Shown here: in pieces, positions 9,460 through 18,026 of the stretch
Layout of the letters: each line of letters begins with the position of its first letter
How positions within the stretch are numbered: the stretch's first letter is position 1
NCBI GenBank assembly: GCA_964446625.1
Contig: CAYUPH010000002.1
Coordinates: 69,743-133,742 of the forward strand
DNA from: an uncultured Candidatus Saccharibacteria bacterium
GTDB taxonomy: Bacteria; Patescibacteriota; Minisyncoccia; Phycocordibacterales; CAIRYW01
Length of the DNA stretch: 64,000 nt
Reading direction: 5' to 3'
Notes under the pieces: model-generated
The model's input: only the letters and a program-made list of their open reading frames with translations
Told to the model about the DNA's origin: nothing
Database searches by the model: none
Translations under genes and position numbers: made by a program

Positions 9460-10809
9460 CTATTTTCCGTCAAGAAAGTCGATATTTGCCTGGATTGTCT
9501 GGGCTTTTGCCATAACTTGGTCTCCGTAAAAAGTGTTTCCTGTACCCGAACAAGGTCGTCCCGAATAGTACTTGCAGGCTGCATTTCGCTCTGCTGTGTA
9601 AGACCCAGAAATTGCGCCTAAATCAGCCATATAGAGTGAAGTTGCTGTAATTGCATGCTCTGGCTTCCAAGGATCAGCAACGCTGTCTCCACTAATTTTC
9701 TCAATTCTTGTCTTAAAGAGCATCCATGTAGAAGGAATAAACTGCGACGGTCCCATCGCTCCTCCGTAGCCTACAGTAAATGGGCATGAAACTCGTGTCT
9801 TATAAGGGTCCCTTCCAAGCTCTTTTGTAATTGAAAGAAACGGTGCAACATCACGAGTTGGCTTCATCACATTTGCAATTTCTACCCCTGTTGTGACACG
9901 GATTCCCGCACCGGTTTCAGAATTTGAAAGATAACAACTTCCCACATTGGCTCCAAGGTTACTTTCTTGTGTCAAAATCGCAAGAATAAGTGCTGGCCTA
10001 ACCCCAGTAGACTTAGAAGCTTTCTTTGCAAAGTCGAGTGCGTCTCCAAAAGGAATAGCAGCGGCATCACGAAGTGAGAAAAGTGCTGCTCGAATTTCAG
10101 CTGCTCTTTTTGCTTTGTCGGCAATCACTTTTTGGTACCCCGCCTGCTCTGCTTGGTTAAGAGAAAGAAGTCTTTTCTTTTCTGCTTCAGCTTTTTCGAT
10201 GGTCTTTTTTTCTTGCTCAACGTTTACCCTTGTATCAATCTCTTGATTTCTTTTCTCACCTAGATTTTCCCGTTCCTCTTCATTTGATCTTTTTGTGTCA
10301 CGAAGTTCAGTAAAGGTTTCTTTCATCGAGTTTTCAAGAGAAAGAAAAAGTTCAGCATCAGCAATAGACTCAGAAAAACTCTCTGTCCCAAGGAGAAGCT
10401 CAGGGAGAGAAAAATCATCGAGCTCCCGAGTCCGTCGCATAATTTGAGCAAGAGACTCTTTACCCTGATCAATATTTTGATCGAGGGAAGCAATAGTTTT
10501 TGTTTTTACAACAATATCTTTCCCTAGCCTTTCGATCGCAAGGTTGTGCTTCTGGATTTTTAGCTGGGCTTCTTTTATTTTTGCGTTCAGAATTGCAATA
10601 TCCCGTGAAATAGAGGCTCCTTCCTGTTGCTTTGTTGAAAGAATATTTTGTTGCTCTTTGATTTCTCTTTCGATTTGCTCAAGCTCTTTTTGAAGTCTTG
10701 CTTTTCGCTCATCTTCTGTTTCAGCAAACGCGAAAGACGCCACAGAGACTACTGTGACAAATGCAAACAAAAAGATCAAAAAATGTTTATATCGTTTTTT
10801 ATGGATCAT
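9460..10809 (-). CDS. secreted lytic murein transglycosylase (MltB-like catalytic domain) with a long N-terminal coiled-coil
   Basis: Signal/TM segment, about 230 aa of heptad-rich E/K/Q sequence, then LILAILTQESNLG and GAMGPSQFIPSTW motifs typical of MltB-family transglycosylases. Confidence 0.6.
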   Translation of the reverse strand: MIHKKRYKHFLIFLFAFVTVVSVASFAFAETEDERKARLQKELEQIEREIKEQQNILSTKQQEGASISRDIAILNAKIKEAQLKIQKHNLAIERLGKDIVVKTKTIASLDQNIDQGKESLAQIMRRTRELDDFSLPELLLGTESFSESIADAELFLSLENSMKETFTELRDTKRSNEEERENLGEKRNQEIDTRVNVEQEKKTIEKAEAEKKRLLSLNQAEQAGYQKVIADKAKRAAEIRAALFSLRDAAAIPFGDALDFAKKASKSTGVRPALILAILTQESNLGANVGSCYLSNSETGAGIRVTTGVEIANVMKPTRDVAPFLSITKELGRDPYKTRVSCPFTVGYGGAMGPSQFIPSTWMLFKTRIEKISGDSVADPWKPEHAITATSLYMADLGAISGSYTAERNAACKYYSGRPCSGTGNTFYGDQVMAKAQTIQANIDFLDGK

Positions 10810-10821
10810 AACGAAGCTTCT

Positions 10822-11460
10822 TTAGGCTTCAGTCGATTCTCCTTCTTTCGCTTCCTTTCCTTTCTTTTCTACTTCAATTGCAGACAAGTCAACAGTAGTT
10901 GGTGTATCTGTCTCTTCTTTAGGCATAACAACTGATGCAACAATTTCCTCTGGTTTTGTGACAAGAGAAACGCCTTTTGGTAATTTAATATCTCCGGCTG
11001 TAATGTTTGAATCAAGGGTAACAAGTGCAGAAATATCTACTGTAAGTTCGTGTGGTAGGTTTTCTGGAAGGGCTTCTACTTCAACTTCGTGTACCACCTT
11101 TACGAGGATAGCTCCGCTTTCTTTTACTGCAGGAGATACACCTTCGAATTCAACTGGTACAGAAACCTGAAGTTTCTTTCCTTTTTCGATAACATAAAAA
11201 TCTGCGTGTCTAACAGTACCAGAAAGAGGGTCTCGGTCCACATCATGAATCATCACATCGTGGTTTCCAGCGTCTCCAGAAAGAGTAATCACAGTAGATT
11301 CACCTGCTTCTTTCCACACCTTATCAAAATCCTTTTGTTTTACAGAAATAGAAACAGGAGACTGCTTTCGGCCGTAAAATACAGCAGGAATAAAGCCTTC
11401 TGCTCGGAGGTTTCTAAGGTTTTCGTTTGATTCTCTTTTCTTTGTTTCTAGCGTTACCAT
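10822..11460 (-). CDS. rplY: 50S ribosomal protein L25 / general stress protein Ctc
   Basis: N-terminal ...LRAEGFIPAVFYGRKQSPVSISV... is characteristic of L25/Ctc; acidic C-terminal extension. Confidence 0.75.
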   Translation of the reverse strand: MVTLETKKRESNENLRNLRAEGFIPAVFYGRKQSPVSISVKQKDFDKVWKEAGESTVITLSGDAGNHDVMIHDVDRDPLSGTVRHADFYVIEKGKKLQVSVPVEFEGVSPAVKESGAILVKVVHEVEVEALPENLPHELTVDISALVTLDSNITAGDIKLPKGVSLVTKPEEIVASVVMPKEETDTPTTVDLSAIEVEKKGKEAKEGESTEA

Positions 11461-11514
11461 AGACCGTATATTACACGATATTTTTAAAAAATCAAATTCC
11501 TTCGTTTTTGGCTC

Positions 11515-12369
11515 TTATCCGAGAAAACTAAAGGTTTTTAGCTTCTCAGTGACAAGGTTTTTCATCTCGGCAACACTCTCTGCAAGGTATTTGTAGGGCG
11601 CCACCTCTCTTGGAGAGTCTGAAAGCCCTTTTTGAAGCCCCTCTTTAAAGGCGACACGAAGCTCTGTGTTTATATGCACAACAGAAACCCCTGCTTTTAT
11701 CGCAGCCTGAACATCTTCTTTACTGTTCCCTGAAGCGCCGTGCAAAACAAGGGGCACTCCGGTCTTTTCTGCAATTTCTCTTACTCTCTCAATATCGAGA
11801 CGAGGATCAGGAACTCCCTGAAGCATGCCGTGAATATTTCCAATAGCGGGTGCAAAGAGACTCACTCCTGTTTCTTTTACAAAGCGCTCTGCATCTTCTG
11901 CACTTGTAAGCTCGATTCCTTCTGGCACTCCATCAAGAATTTTTGAAGACTGTCCAATGTAGCCGAGCTCTGCCTCAACCAAGACTTCCCTTCCCGAGCT
12001 TCTTGTATACTCAACACACTCTTTTGTTTTTTGGATATTTTCTTCGAGAGTAAGCTTTGCTCCATCAAAAATGACAGCATCAAAGCCAGCGTCAATTGCT
12101 TCTTTTACTCTTTCTACTGAGTATGTGTGATCCGCATTTAAAAAGACTGGCAGCCCCTCTTTTTCTCTGGCAGCTTTTACCAGTGCTACGGCTTCTTCTA
12201 TTCCAAAAAAGTCTCTTTCCCCTTCAGAGAGGCCGATAATAACCGGAAGCGAGAGTTCGCGGGCTGACTGAACGATTGCATGAAAAGCCTCAAGGTTTGA
12301 AATATTGAAATGCCCAACCGCCTTCCCCTCTGCTTTTGCTTCTAAAATATATTCTTTTAGTGTTTTCAT
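11515..12369 (-). CDS. fba: class II fructose-bisphosphate aldolase
   Basis: 284 aa; VGHFNISNLE, LNADHT, HGASG and similar class II aldolase signatures. Confidence 0.8.
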   Translation of the reverse strand: MKTLKEYILEAKAEGKAVGHFNISNLEAFHAIVQSARELSLPVIIGLSEGERDFFGIEEAVALVKAAREKEGLPVFLNADHTYSVERVKEAIDAGFDAVIFDGAKLTLEENIQKTKECVEYTRSSGREVLVEAELGYIGQSSKILDGVPEGIELTSAEDAERFVKETGVSLFAPAIGNIHGMLQGVPDPRLDIERVREIAEKTGVPLVLHGASGNSKEDVQAAIKAGVSVVHINTELRVAFKEGLQKGLSDSPREVAPYKYLAESVAEMKNLVTEKLKTFSFLG

Positions 12370-12417
12370 GATTAAAAGTATATCACGGCTAAAAAGAAGG
12401 CATGTTTCGATTAAATA

Positions 12418-12446
12418 TTTACAAAATTATAAAAGTGATGTATTAT
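12418..12446 (+). promoter_or_regulatory. sigma70-like promoter TTTACA-17 nt-TATTAT
   Basis: TTTACA at 12418-12423 and TATTAT at 12441-12446 with a 17-nt spacer; it drives the ORF-less unit that ends at the 12610-12643 terminator. Confidence 0.4.
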
Positions 12447-12452
12447 GAATTT

Positions 12453-12643
12453 GGTATGAACGTACAAAAAAACTCCTGGGAGGAAAGGCTCCGCCTTTGG
12501 CTTGAAAAAAGGCATCCTTTGCCCATTCTTGCGGTGCGGTGTGTAATCACACTGTTCACTTTTCTAAGTTTCGCCACACAGTGGGTGTGGTATAGTTTCA
12601 AAAGAGCATGCAGGCGGACCCCCTAGGTCTCCTGCTTTTTTTA
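12453..12643 (+). ncRNA. candidate structured small RNA or cis-regulatory leader (class unknown; 6S-like or riboswitch-like architecture)
   Basis: About 190 nt between a good promoter and a strong intrinsic terminator (GCAGGCGGACC-CCCTA-GGTCTCCTGC followed by T7). GC-rich helices in an AT-rich genome (GGTGTG-TAAT-CACAC; CCACAC-AGTGG-GTGTGG). The 5' GGCTCCGCC can pair with the 3' GGCGGACC. The only ORF (12402-12626) starts upstream of the promoter. Confidence 0.3.
12610..12643 (+). terminator. rho-independent terminator
   Basis: 10-bp GC-rich interrupted stem followed by TTTTTTTAATT; ends 45 nt upstream of the pfkB-family start. Confidence 0.6.
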
Positions 12644-12688
12644 ATTCCCCTCACTTTTTTTTCTGATATAATTTGTCTACACAAATAT

Positions 12689-13696
12689 ATGTTTAATTTC
12701 ACAAAAAATAAGTCCTACGACATGGTCGCTCTCGGTGACACTGTCGTTGATGCGTTTATCAAACTAAAAGAGGCTCATGTTACTTGCAAAATCGACAATA
12801 CAGAGTGCGAGATTTGCATGAAGTTTGCGGATAAAATTCCCTACGAATCAGTCGAGGTAATAAACGGAGTAGGAAACAGTGCAAACGCTGCAGTGTCTGC
12901 TGCAAGACTTGGGCTCCACACTGCGCTCATCACCAACCTAGGCGACGACTCTTACGCAAAAGATGTTTTGGAGTATTTCAAAAAAGAAAAAGTAAGTACT
13001 GAGTTCGTAAAAGAGAACAAAGGCAAAAAAACGAATTATCACTATGTACTGTGGTATGGAGCAGAAAGAACGATTCTCATAAAACACGAAGACTACGAAT
13101 ATACATTTCCAAAGAATCTCAAAACAAATTGGCTCTACCTTAGCTCACTTGGAGAAAAGTCACTTCCTCTTCACAGCGAAATCGCAAACTACCTTTCAGA
13201 AAACACAGAGACAAAACTTGTTTTTCAGCCCGGAACCTACCAAATCCGTTTTGGAAAAGAAGCACTCCAGGAAATTTATAAAAGGACAGAAATCTTTTTC
13301 TGTAACAAAGAAGAGGCTGCAAAAATTCTTGGTGTAGCAGATACCAATATACCTTCCCTCATGAAACAAATCGCAGAGCTTGGCCCAAAAATTGTCGTAC
13401 TCACAGACGGACCAAACGGAGCTTACGCACTGCGAGATGGAAAAACTTTCTTTGCTCCTCCCTATCCTGATCCCAAACCCCCGTTTGAGAGAACGGGAGC
13501 AGGAGATGCTTACGCCTCTACTTTTGCTTCCGCAATTGCAAAAGGAAAAAGCACAGAAGAAGCGCTTCTTTGGGCAGGCGTAAACTCTATGTCAGTTGTT
13601 CAAGATGTTGGCGCGCAAAAAGGACTCCTCTCAGAAGAAAAGATTCAGGAGTGGTTACAAAAAGCACCCGAGAGTTATAAAGTAAAAGAAATATAG
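12689..13696 (+). CDS. PfkB-family carbohydrate/nucleoside kinase (ribokinase-like)
   Basis: DTVVDAF near the N-terminus and the C-terminal GAGDAYASTFASAIAKG anion-hole motif; the start was moved to the internal ATG at 12689 because the upstream frame overlaps the terminator hairpin; an extended -10 TGaTATAAT lies at 12664-12672. Confidence 0.7.
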   Translation: MFNFTKNKSYDMVALGDTVVDAFIKLKEAHVTCKIDNTECEICMKFADKIPYESVEVINGVGNSANAAVSAARLGLHTALITNLGDDSYAKDVLEYFKKEKVSTEFVKENKGKKTNYHYVLWYGAERTILIKHEDYEYTFPKNLKTNWLYLSSLGEKSLPLHSEIANYLSENTETKLVFQPGTYQIRFGKEALQEIYKRTEIFFCNKEEAAKILGVADTNIPSLMKQIAELGPKIVVLTDGPNGAYALRDGKTFFAPPYPDPKPPFERTGAGDAYASTFASAIAKGKSTEEALLWAGVNSMSVVQDVGAQKGLLSEEKIQEWLQKAPESYKVKEI

Positions 13697-13697
13697 T

Positions 13698-14189
13698 ATG
13701 GCAGAAAATGAACCAAACCCTATTAATTGGGAGAGTGCCGAAGTAAAAGCAGCGAGAATCGAGGCTTTGGAAAGTCTTGAAAAGGCTCTTGCTTCTGTAG
13801 AAATTGATGAGATGCGCCGAAAATTATTTGAAGACCTAAACTCTCTTATAGAAAGAGATAGCGCGTTGCATGTTATGGTTGTCCTAGATGAAATGGAGAA
13901 ACTAAATGACAAAATTGAAACATTGAAAAAAGAACAAAAAGACTTGGAAACTCAAAGAGATGCTCTACAGAAGGAAACTGAAAGTGATGAAGAAAAAGGT
14001 GAAATAGTTCATGACTTAAATTCTTTAATTACAGACAAAGTAAGAAAATTAAGAGAGGTAGAAGAAAGTTTGATAGGACGAATAAAAGTGATTGAAGCTA
14101 TTTTTTTGAGTAAAGAAAAAAGTAGTAGTGATATATTCCCTCCACAATCTCCTTATAATCTTTTAAAAAAAAGTTACGGAATAGAATAA
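13698..14189 (+). CDS. hypothetical coiled-coil protein
   Basis: 163 aa, highly charged with heptad periodicity, no enzymatic motif. Confidence 0.4.
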   Translation: MAENEPNPINWESAEVKAARIEALESLEKALASVEIDEMRRKLFEDLNSLIERDSALHVMVVLDEMEKLNDKIETLKKEQKDLETQRDALQKETESDEEKGEIVHDLNSLITDKVRKLREVEESLIGRIKVIEAIFLSKEKSSSDIFPPQSPYNLLKKSYGIE

Positions 14190-14190
14190 C

Positions 14191-15180
14191 CTACTTCCTC
14201 CCTAAAACCTTAGTGATTGCTCTAAGAATCGCTTTTTCTCCCAAATTGTAATACTCAATTAGTTCTTCTGGCGTACCAGATTGACCAAAAAGATTAGAAA
14301 CTCCTACAAATTCAATAGGCATAGGGTGGTTTTCTGCCAAACACTCAGCGATTGCACTCCCAAGCCCTCCCGCTTTTTGGTGCTCCTCAACAGTTACCAC
14401 AGCACCCGCCCGCTTTGCTTCTTCTACAACAGTTTTTATATCAAGAGGTTTTATAGTGTGCACATTTATGACCGACACCTGTCTTCCATTTTGTCTCAAA
14501 TTTTCTGCAACAAGGAGCGCTTTTGAAACAAGTGCTCCTGTCGCAAAGATTGCCACTTCAGGTTTTTCAGCTGTAAACAAAACTTCTGCTTTACCAATTT
14601 TAAAATGTGAATCCTCTGTTGTAATTACTGGAGTTTTTTCTCGAGCAAGGCGGATATAAACTGGCGACGAAACTTCTGAAGAAAGCGCAGCAAGAGTTGC
14701 CTTTTTTGCTTCAATCGCATCACATGGAGAAATGACTATCATATTTGGAAGAACGCGCATGAGTGCAATATCTTCGAGAGCTTGGTGCGTACCACCGTCT
14801 GGTCCTACAGAAACTCCGGCGTGGCTTCCTGCAATAACAACTTTCCTATCGTTGTAACAAATTGTGGTGCGAATCTGTTCCCAGTTTCTACCTGGAGAAA
14901 ACATTGCATACGAAGAGATAACAGGAAGCTTTCCCATTGCTGACATGCCACTTGCAACCGAAGCAAGGTTTTGTTCTGCGACACCCATTTCAACAAAACG
15001 CTCCGGAAACTTTTTCTTAAAAAGGTGCATCTGCGTTGATTCAGTGAGGTCGGCGCATAGTGCAACAATTGAAGCGTCTTTTTCTCCTGCAATAACTAAA
15101 CCTTCTCCAAGTCCTTTTCGAATTGGCACTTGCTCACACTCTGGTGAAAAAAGTTTTTTGTTTAAATGATTTTGGAGCAT
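14191..15180 (-). CDS. tktB: transketolase, C-terminal subunit (pyrimidine-binding plus C-terminal domain)
   Basis: 329 aa matching the Pyr-binding half of TK (EQNLASVASGMS, GSHAGVSVGPDGGTHQALEDIALMR). Confidence 0.8.
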   Translation of the reverse strand: MLQNHLNKKLFSPECEQVPIRKGLGEGLVIAGEKDASIVALCADLTESTQMHLFKKKFPERFVEMGVAEQNLASVASGMSAMGKLPVISSYAMFSPGRNWEQIRTTICYNDRKVVIAGSHAGVSVGPDGGTHQALEDIALMRVLPNMIVISPCDAIEAKKATLAALSSEVSSPVYIRLAREKTPVITTEDSHFKIGKAEVLFTAEKPEVAIFATGALVSKALLVAENLRQNGRQVSVINVHTIKPLDIKTVVEEAKRAGAVVTVEEHQKAGGLGSAIAECLAENHPMPIEFVGVSNLFGQSGTPEELIEYYNLGEKAILRAITKVLGRK

Positions 15181-15192
15181 TATAAAATATAA

Positions 15193-15582
15193 CTAATTAC
15201 CTGTTTCTCCTTTTTTCTGTAGTCCCCTTTTTCCAAGTGAATACTTTCCTCCTCCAGTAAAAATAAGCACAACCCCGAGAACAAATAGTGCTCCAGGTAT
15301 TAGAGCTCCTGCTCCTGGAGAAAGGTAGGTAGCTCCCGCCATAATAATTCCCGCTCCTACTGCCGCAAGCTCAGTATAGATCCCAAGAAGAACGCCAAGA
15401 CCCGCAAGAACTTCTCCTACAGCAACTAGCCAAAAGATAGTTGAAGAGAGTCCTAAAACACTAAACTCCTCCACCATACTCGCAGGATCTATGAGTTTCA
15501 TCACTCCTGCAAAAACAAACATTCCCCCGAGAACAATTCGGATTATAAGAAGAATAATATTTTTTGTTTTTTTTTGTTGCAT
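15193..15582 (-). CDS. DoxX-family small membrane protein
   Basis: 129 aa, four TM helices, Gly-rich as in the DoxX family. Confidence 0.5.
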   Translation of the reverse strand: MQQKKTKNIILLIIRIVLGGMFVFAGVMKLIDPASMVEEFSVLGLSSTIFWLVAVGEVLAGLGVLLGIYTELAAVGAGIIMAGATYLSPGAGALIPGALFVLGVVLIFTGGGKYSLGKRGLQKKGETGN

Positions 15583-15619
15583 ATATTTTGTGATTAGTTT
15601 TTATTATTGTAACATGATC

Positions 15620-15997
15620 CTATTTTTTGGTTCGATATGCTTTTTTTATTTTTTCGTACACACCCGTGCCGTGTTTTTCAGTTTTTCCTTTAAAAGCAGA
15701 CGCAGGGTACTTTTTTCCTGCTTTAATGAGTTTCACCTCCGCTGCTTTTTCTAAATCAAAAGAGAGTCTATTTGCGAGTTCACTGCAGTATATGATTATG
15801 TCCCCCACTTCATCTCTTACAGCTTCGTATTTTTCTTTGTTTGCTTTTATTTCTTCCGCGCTCCAGTTCTGCCACTGGAAATGCTCGAGGAGTTCCGCAG
15901 ATTCTATCGAAATAGACTTCACTAAATCTGCAGGTGGGAGACAATCCCAATCTCTCGCCTTCATAAACTTTCTAATCTTTTCTTGAAACTTTTTCAT
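15620..15997 (-). CDS. MazG-like nucleoside triphosphate pyrophosphohydrolase
   Basis: 125 aa all-alpha; EELLEH...E..D...Y pattern (SAELLEHFQW, EVGDIIIY) typical of the MazG/dCTPase superfamily. Confidence 0.5.
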   Translation of the reverse strand: MKKFQEKIRKFMKARDWDCLPPADLVKSISIESAELLEHFQWQNWSAEEIKANKEKYEAVRDEVGDIIIYCSELANRLSFDLEKAAEVKLIKAGKKYPASAFKGKTEKHGTGVYEKIKKAYRTKK

Positions 15998-16867
15998 CTA
16001 CTCGTGCTCGCTTTTTATTTCTCCGCCCCAGTTTCTTAGTTCCTTTAGCGCAAGGAGTGCCTCTTCTTTTGTAGGCGCTTTGCCATGCCATTCGTATTTT
16101 CTTTCAAATGCTTTTACACCTTTTCCTGGAATTGTGTGCGCAATTATAACGGACGGCATTTCAAAGACACTCTGCGCTTCGCCAAGTGCTCGTACTATAT
16201 CGCGAAAATCATGGCCGTTTATTTCTTCTACATGGAAATTAAACGCTTTTAGCTTATCTGCTAAAGGGTTAAGAGGCATTACATCTTCTGTAAAGCCATC
16301 TATTTGAATATTGTTTCTGTCAATAATCACAGTTAGGTTTTGGAGTTTCTCTTTTCCTGCAAGCATAAAAGCCTCCCAGTTTTGTCCCTCGTCGAGCTCA
16401 CCGTCTCCTAGGAGACAATAAAACTGCTTAGAAGAGTTTTTTCCATTGTCGATTCTGTCAGCAAGCGCCATACCAACAGCTTGAGAAAGTCCGCTTCCGA
16501 GTGGCCCTGACGAAGTTTCGACAATAGGCAGAAACTCTCTGTGTGGGTGCCCTTGAAGCTTTGAACCGAATTTACGCAGAGTCTTAAGCTCAGAAAGCCT
16601 CAGTGCGCCTGTGTGTGCAAGCGTCGCATAGTAAACAGGACAAATATGTCCATTAGACAGGACTAGCCGGTCCCTATCTTCCTTGCTCGGATTTTTTGGA
16701 TCAAAATTGAGCACATGAAAATACAGAGCAGTAAAAACATCTGTCATACCAAGAGGTCCTGCAGTGTGTCCACTTCCAGCTTCAGAAAGCATCTCAACAA
16801 TAGACTCACGAATTGCGCGCGCTTTTTCTTCTAAAAATTTTACTTTTTCTTCACTTAGAGGAAGCAT
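15998..16867 (-). CDS. tktA: transketolase, N-terminal subunit (TPP-binding)
   Basis: 289 aa with GHTAGPLGM and GDGELDEGQNWEA TPP-binding motifs. Confidence 0.8.
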   Translation of the reverse strand: MLPLSEEKVKFLEEKARAIRESIVEMLSEAGSGHTAGPLGMTDVFTALYFHVLNFDPKNPSKEDRDRLVLSNGHICPVYYATLAHTGALRLSELKTLRKFGSKLQGHPHREFLPIVETSSGPLGSGLSQAVGMALADRIDNGKNSSKQFYCLLGDGELDEGQNWEAFMLAGKEKLQNLTVIIDRNNIQIDGFTEDVMPLNPLADKLKAFNFHVEEINGHDFRDIVRALGEAQSVFEMPSVIIAHTIPGKGVKAFERKYEWHGKAPTKEEALLALKELRNWGGEIKSEHE

Positions 16868-16874
16868 GCTTACA

Positions 16875-17552
16875 TTATAGCAAACCCTCGATTTCTTTTA
16901 CTGCTTCTATTGGATTTGTAGAGTTTAAAATAAACGAACCTGCGATGACGCGATCAGCTCCTGCATCAAAAACTTTGTCCGCAGTTTCAGGATTCATGCC
17001 ACCATCTACAGAAATGACTAAGTCAGGAAATTCTGTTTTTAGTAATTTTATAAAATCAGGTACTTTCTCATCAAAAGGTTCCCCTTGGTAGCCAATACGT
17101 CGAATGCCCATAACTTGCACGAAGTCAGCAAAGGGTAATATATTTTTTATTTTTTCAATACTCTCTCCTGTCATGACAGCAATTCCCACTTCAACAATTC
17201 CTTCATTTTTAAATGTCTCAAGCTTCGAAATATCGCTCTCGGGAAACGACGCGAGGTGAAAGATAATCTTTGCTGCACCTGCTTTTACAAAATCCTCTGC
17301 TATCGAAAAAGGATTTTTTACCATAAGATCAATTTCAAAATCAAAATTCTCCCAATACGGCATCCCCTCTTCTCCTTCTATAATCTTTTCAAAATTTTTG
17401 TCTGCCTTTGCAAGTGGCCAAGAAGTTCGCCCAGCAAAAAAACCATCAGTGACATCTATCTGCACTTCTCTTGCAACACCCTTTAGTAGTTCAAGTTTTT
17501 CTTTGAGTTCATAAAAAGTGAGAGGAAGAACTGCGGGAATTACTTTTCTCAT
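16875..17552 (-). CDS. rpe: ribulose-phosphate 3-epimerase
   Basis: 225 aa TIM barrel; IDVTDG..., GGMNPETA and VAGSFI motifs. Confidence 0.75.
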   Translation of the reverse strand: MRKVIPAVLPLTFYELKEKLELLKGVAREVQIDVTDGFFAGRTSWPLAKADKNFEKIIEGEEGMPYWENFDFEIDLMVKNPFSIAEDFVKAGAAKIIFHLASFPESDISKLETFKNEGIVEVGIAVMTGESIEKIKNILPFADFVQVMGIRRIGYQGEPFDEKVPDFIKLLKTEFPDLVISVDGGMNPETADKVFDAGADRVIAGSFILNSTNPIEAVKEIEGLL

Positions 17553-18022
17553 CCTAGATTGTCTATTTTTTTAATTCGGCGAACATGTCTTTCGTCTCCA
17601 GAGAATTTCGTTCCAAGCCACGCATTGATTGCAATCTTTGCATCCGTCGCATTTAAAAATCGAGCGCCAAGTGAAAGTATGTTTGCGTCATTGTGTTCTC
17701 TCGAGAGTTTGATTTCGTTTGGCACAATTCTTTTGTCTTTTGGCTCATATTGTCCATTGAACACAATTGCTCTCACACCTTTATAACGATTACAAACAAT
17801 TGCTTCTCCTTGCCCGCTTCCACCAATTACAATTCCACGCCCTTCTGGATCTTTTGCTATTTCCTCTGCAACTTTTGAAACAAAATCAGGATAATCGTCG
17901 TTTGGGTCAAGTGCCATTGCACCTTTGTCTTCAACTTCATACCCAAGACTTTGAAGAAATGGTTTGATTTCTTCTTTTAGAGCAAATCCTGCATGGTCTG
18001 ATGCAATATAAATTCTAGACAT
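17549..18022 (-). CDS. rpiB: ribose-5-phosphate isomerase B
   Basis: MSRIYIASDHAGFALKEEI...GGSGQGEAIVCNR is the RpiB/LacAB signature; the start is taken at the internal Met that aligns with the family. Confidence 0.8.
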   Translation of the reverse strand: MSRIYIASDHAGFALKEEIKPFLQSLGYEVEDKGAMALDPNDDYPDFVSKVAEEIAKDPEGRGIVIGGSGQGEAIVCNRYKGVRAIVFNGQYEPKDKRIVPNEIKLSREHNDANILSLGARFLNATDAKIAINAWLGTKFSGDERHVRRIKKIDNLG

Positions 18023-18026
18023 AGAA

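Noticed and set aside
12402-12626. 74-aa ORF in the fba/pfkB intergenic region
   Set aside because: It starts upstream of the only credible promoter, runs through GC-rich hairpins and into the terminator, and has no motif. The region is better explained as a structured RNA.
12453-12643. Possibility that the structured element is RNase P RNA, tmRNA or SRP RNA
   Set aside because: It is too short for RNase P RNA (about 190 nt versus over 300), lacks the GGAAAGUCCGGGCUCC box exactly, lacks a tRNA-like CCA-ending domain for tmRNA, and lacks the SRP domain-IV GGAA/AGCAG motifs. It is kept only as a candidate ncRNA of unknown class.
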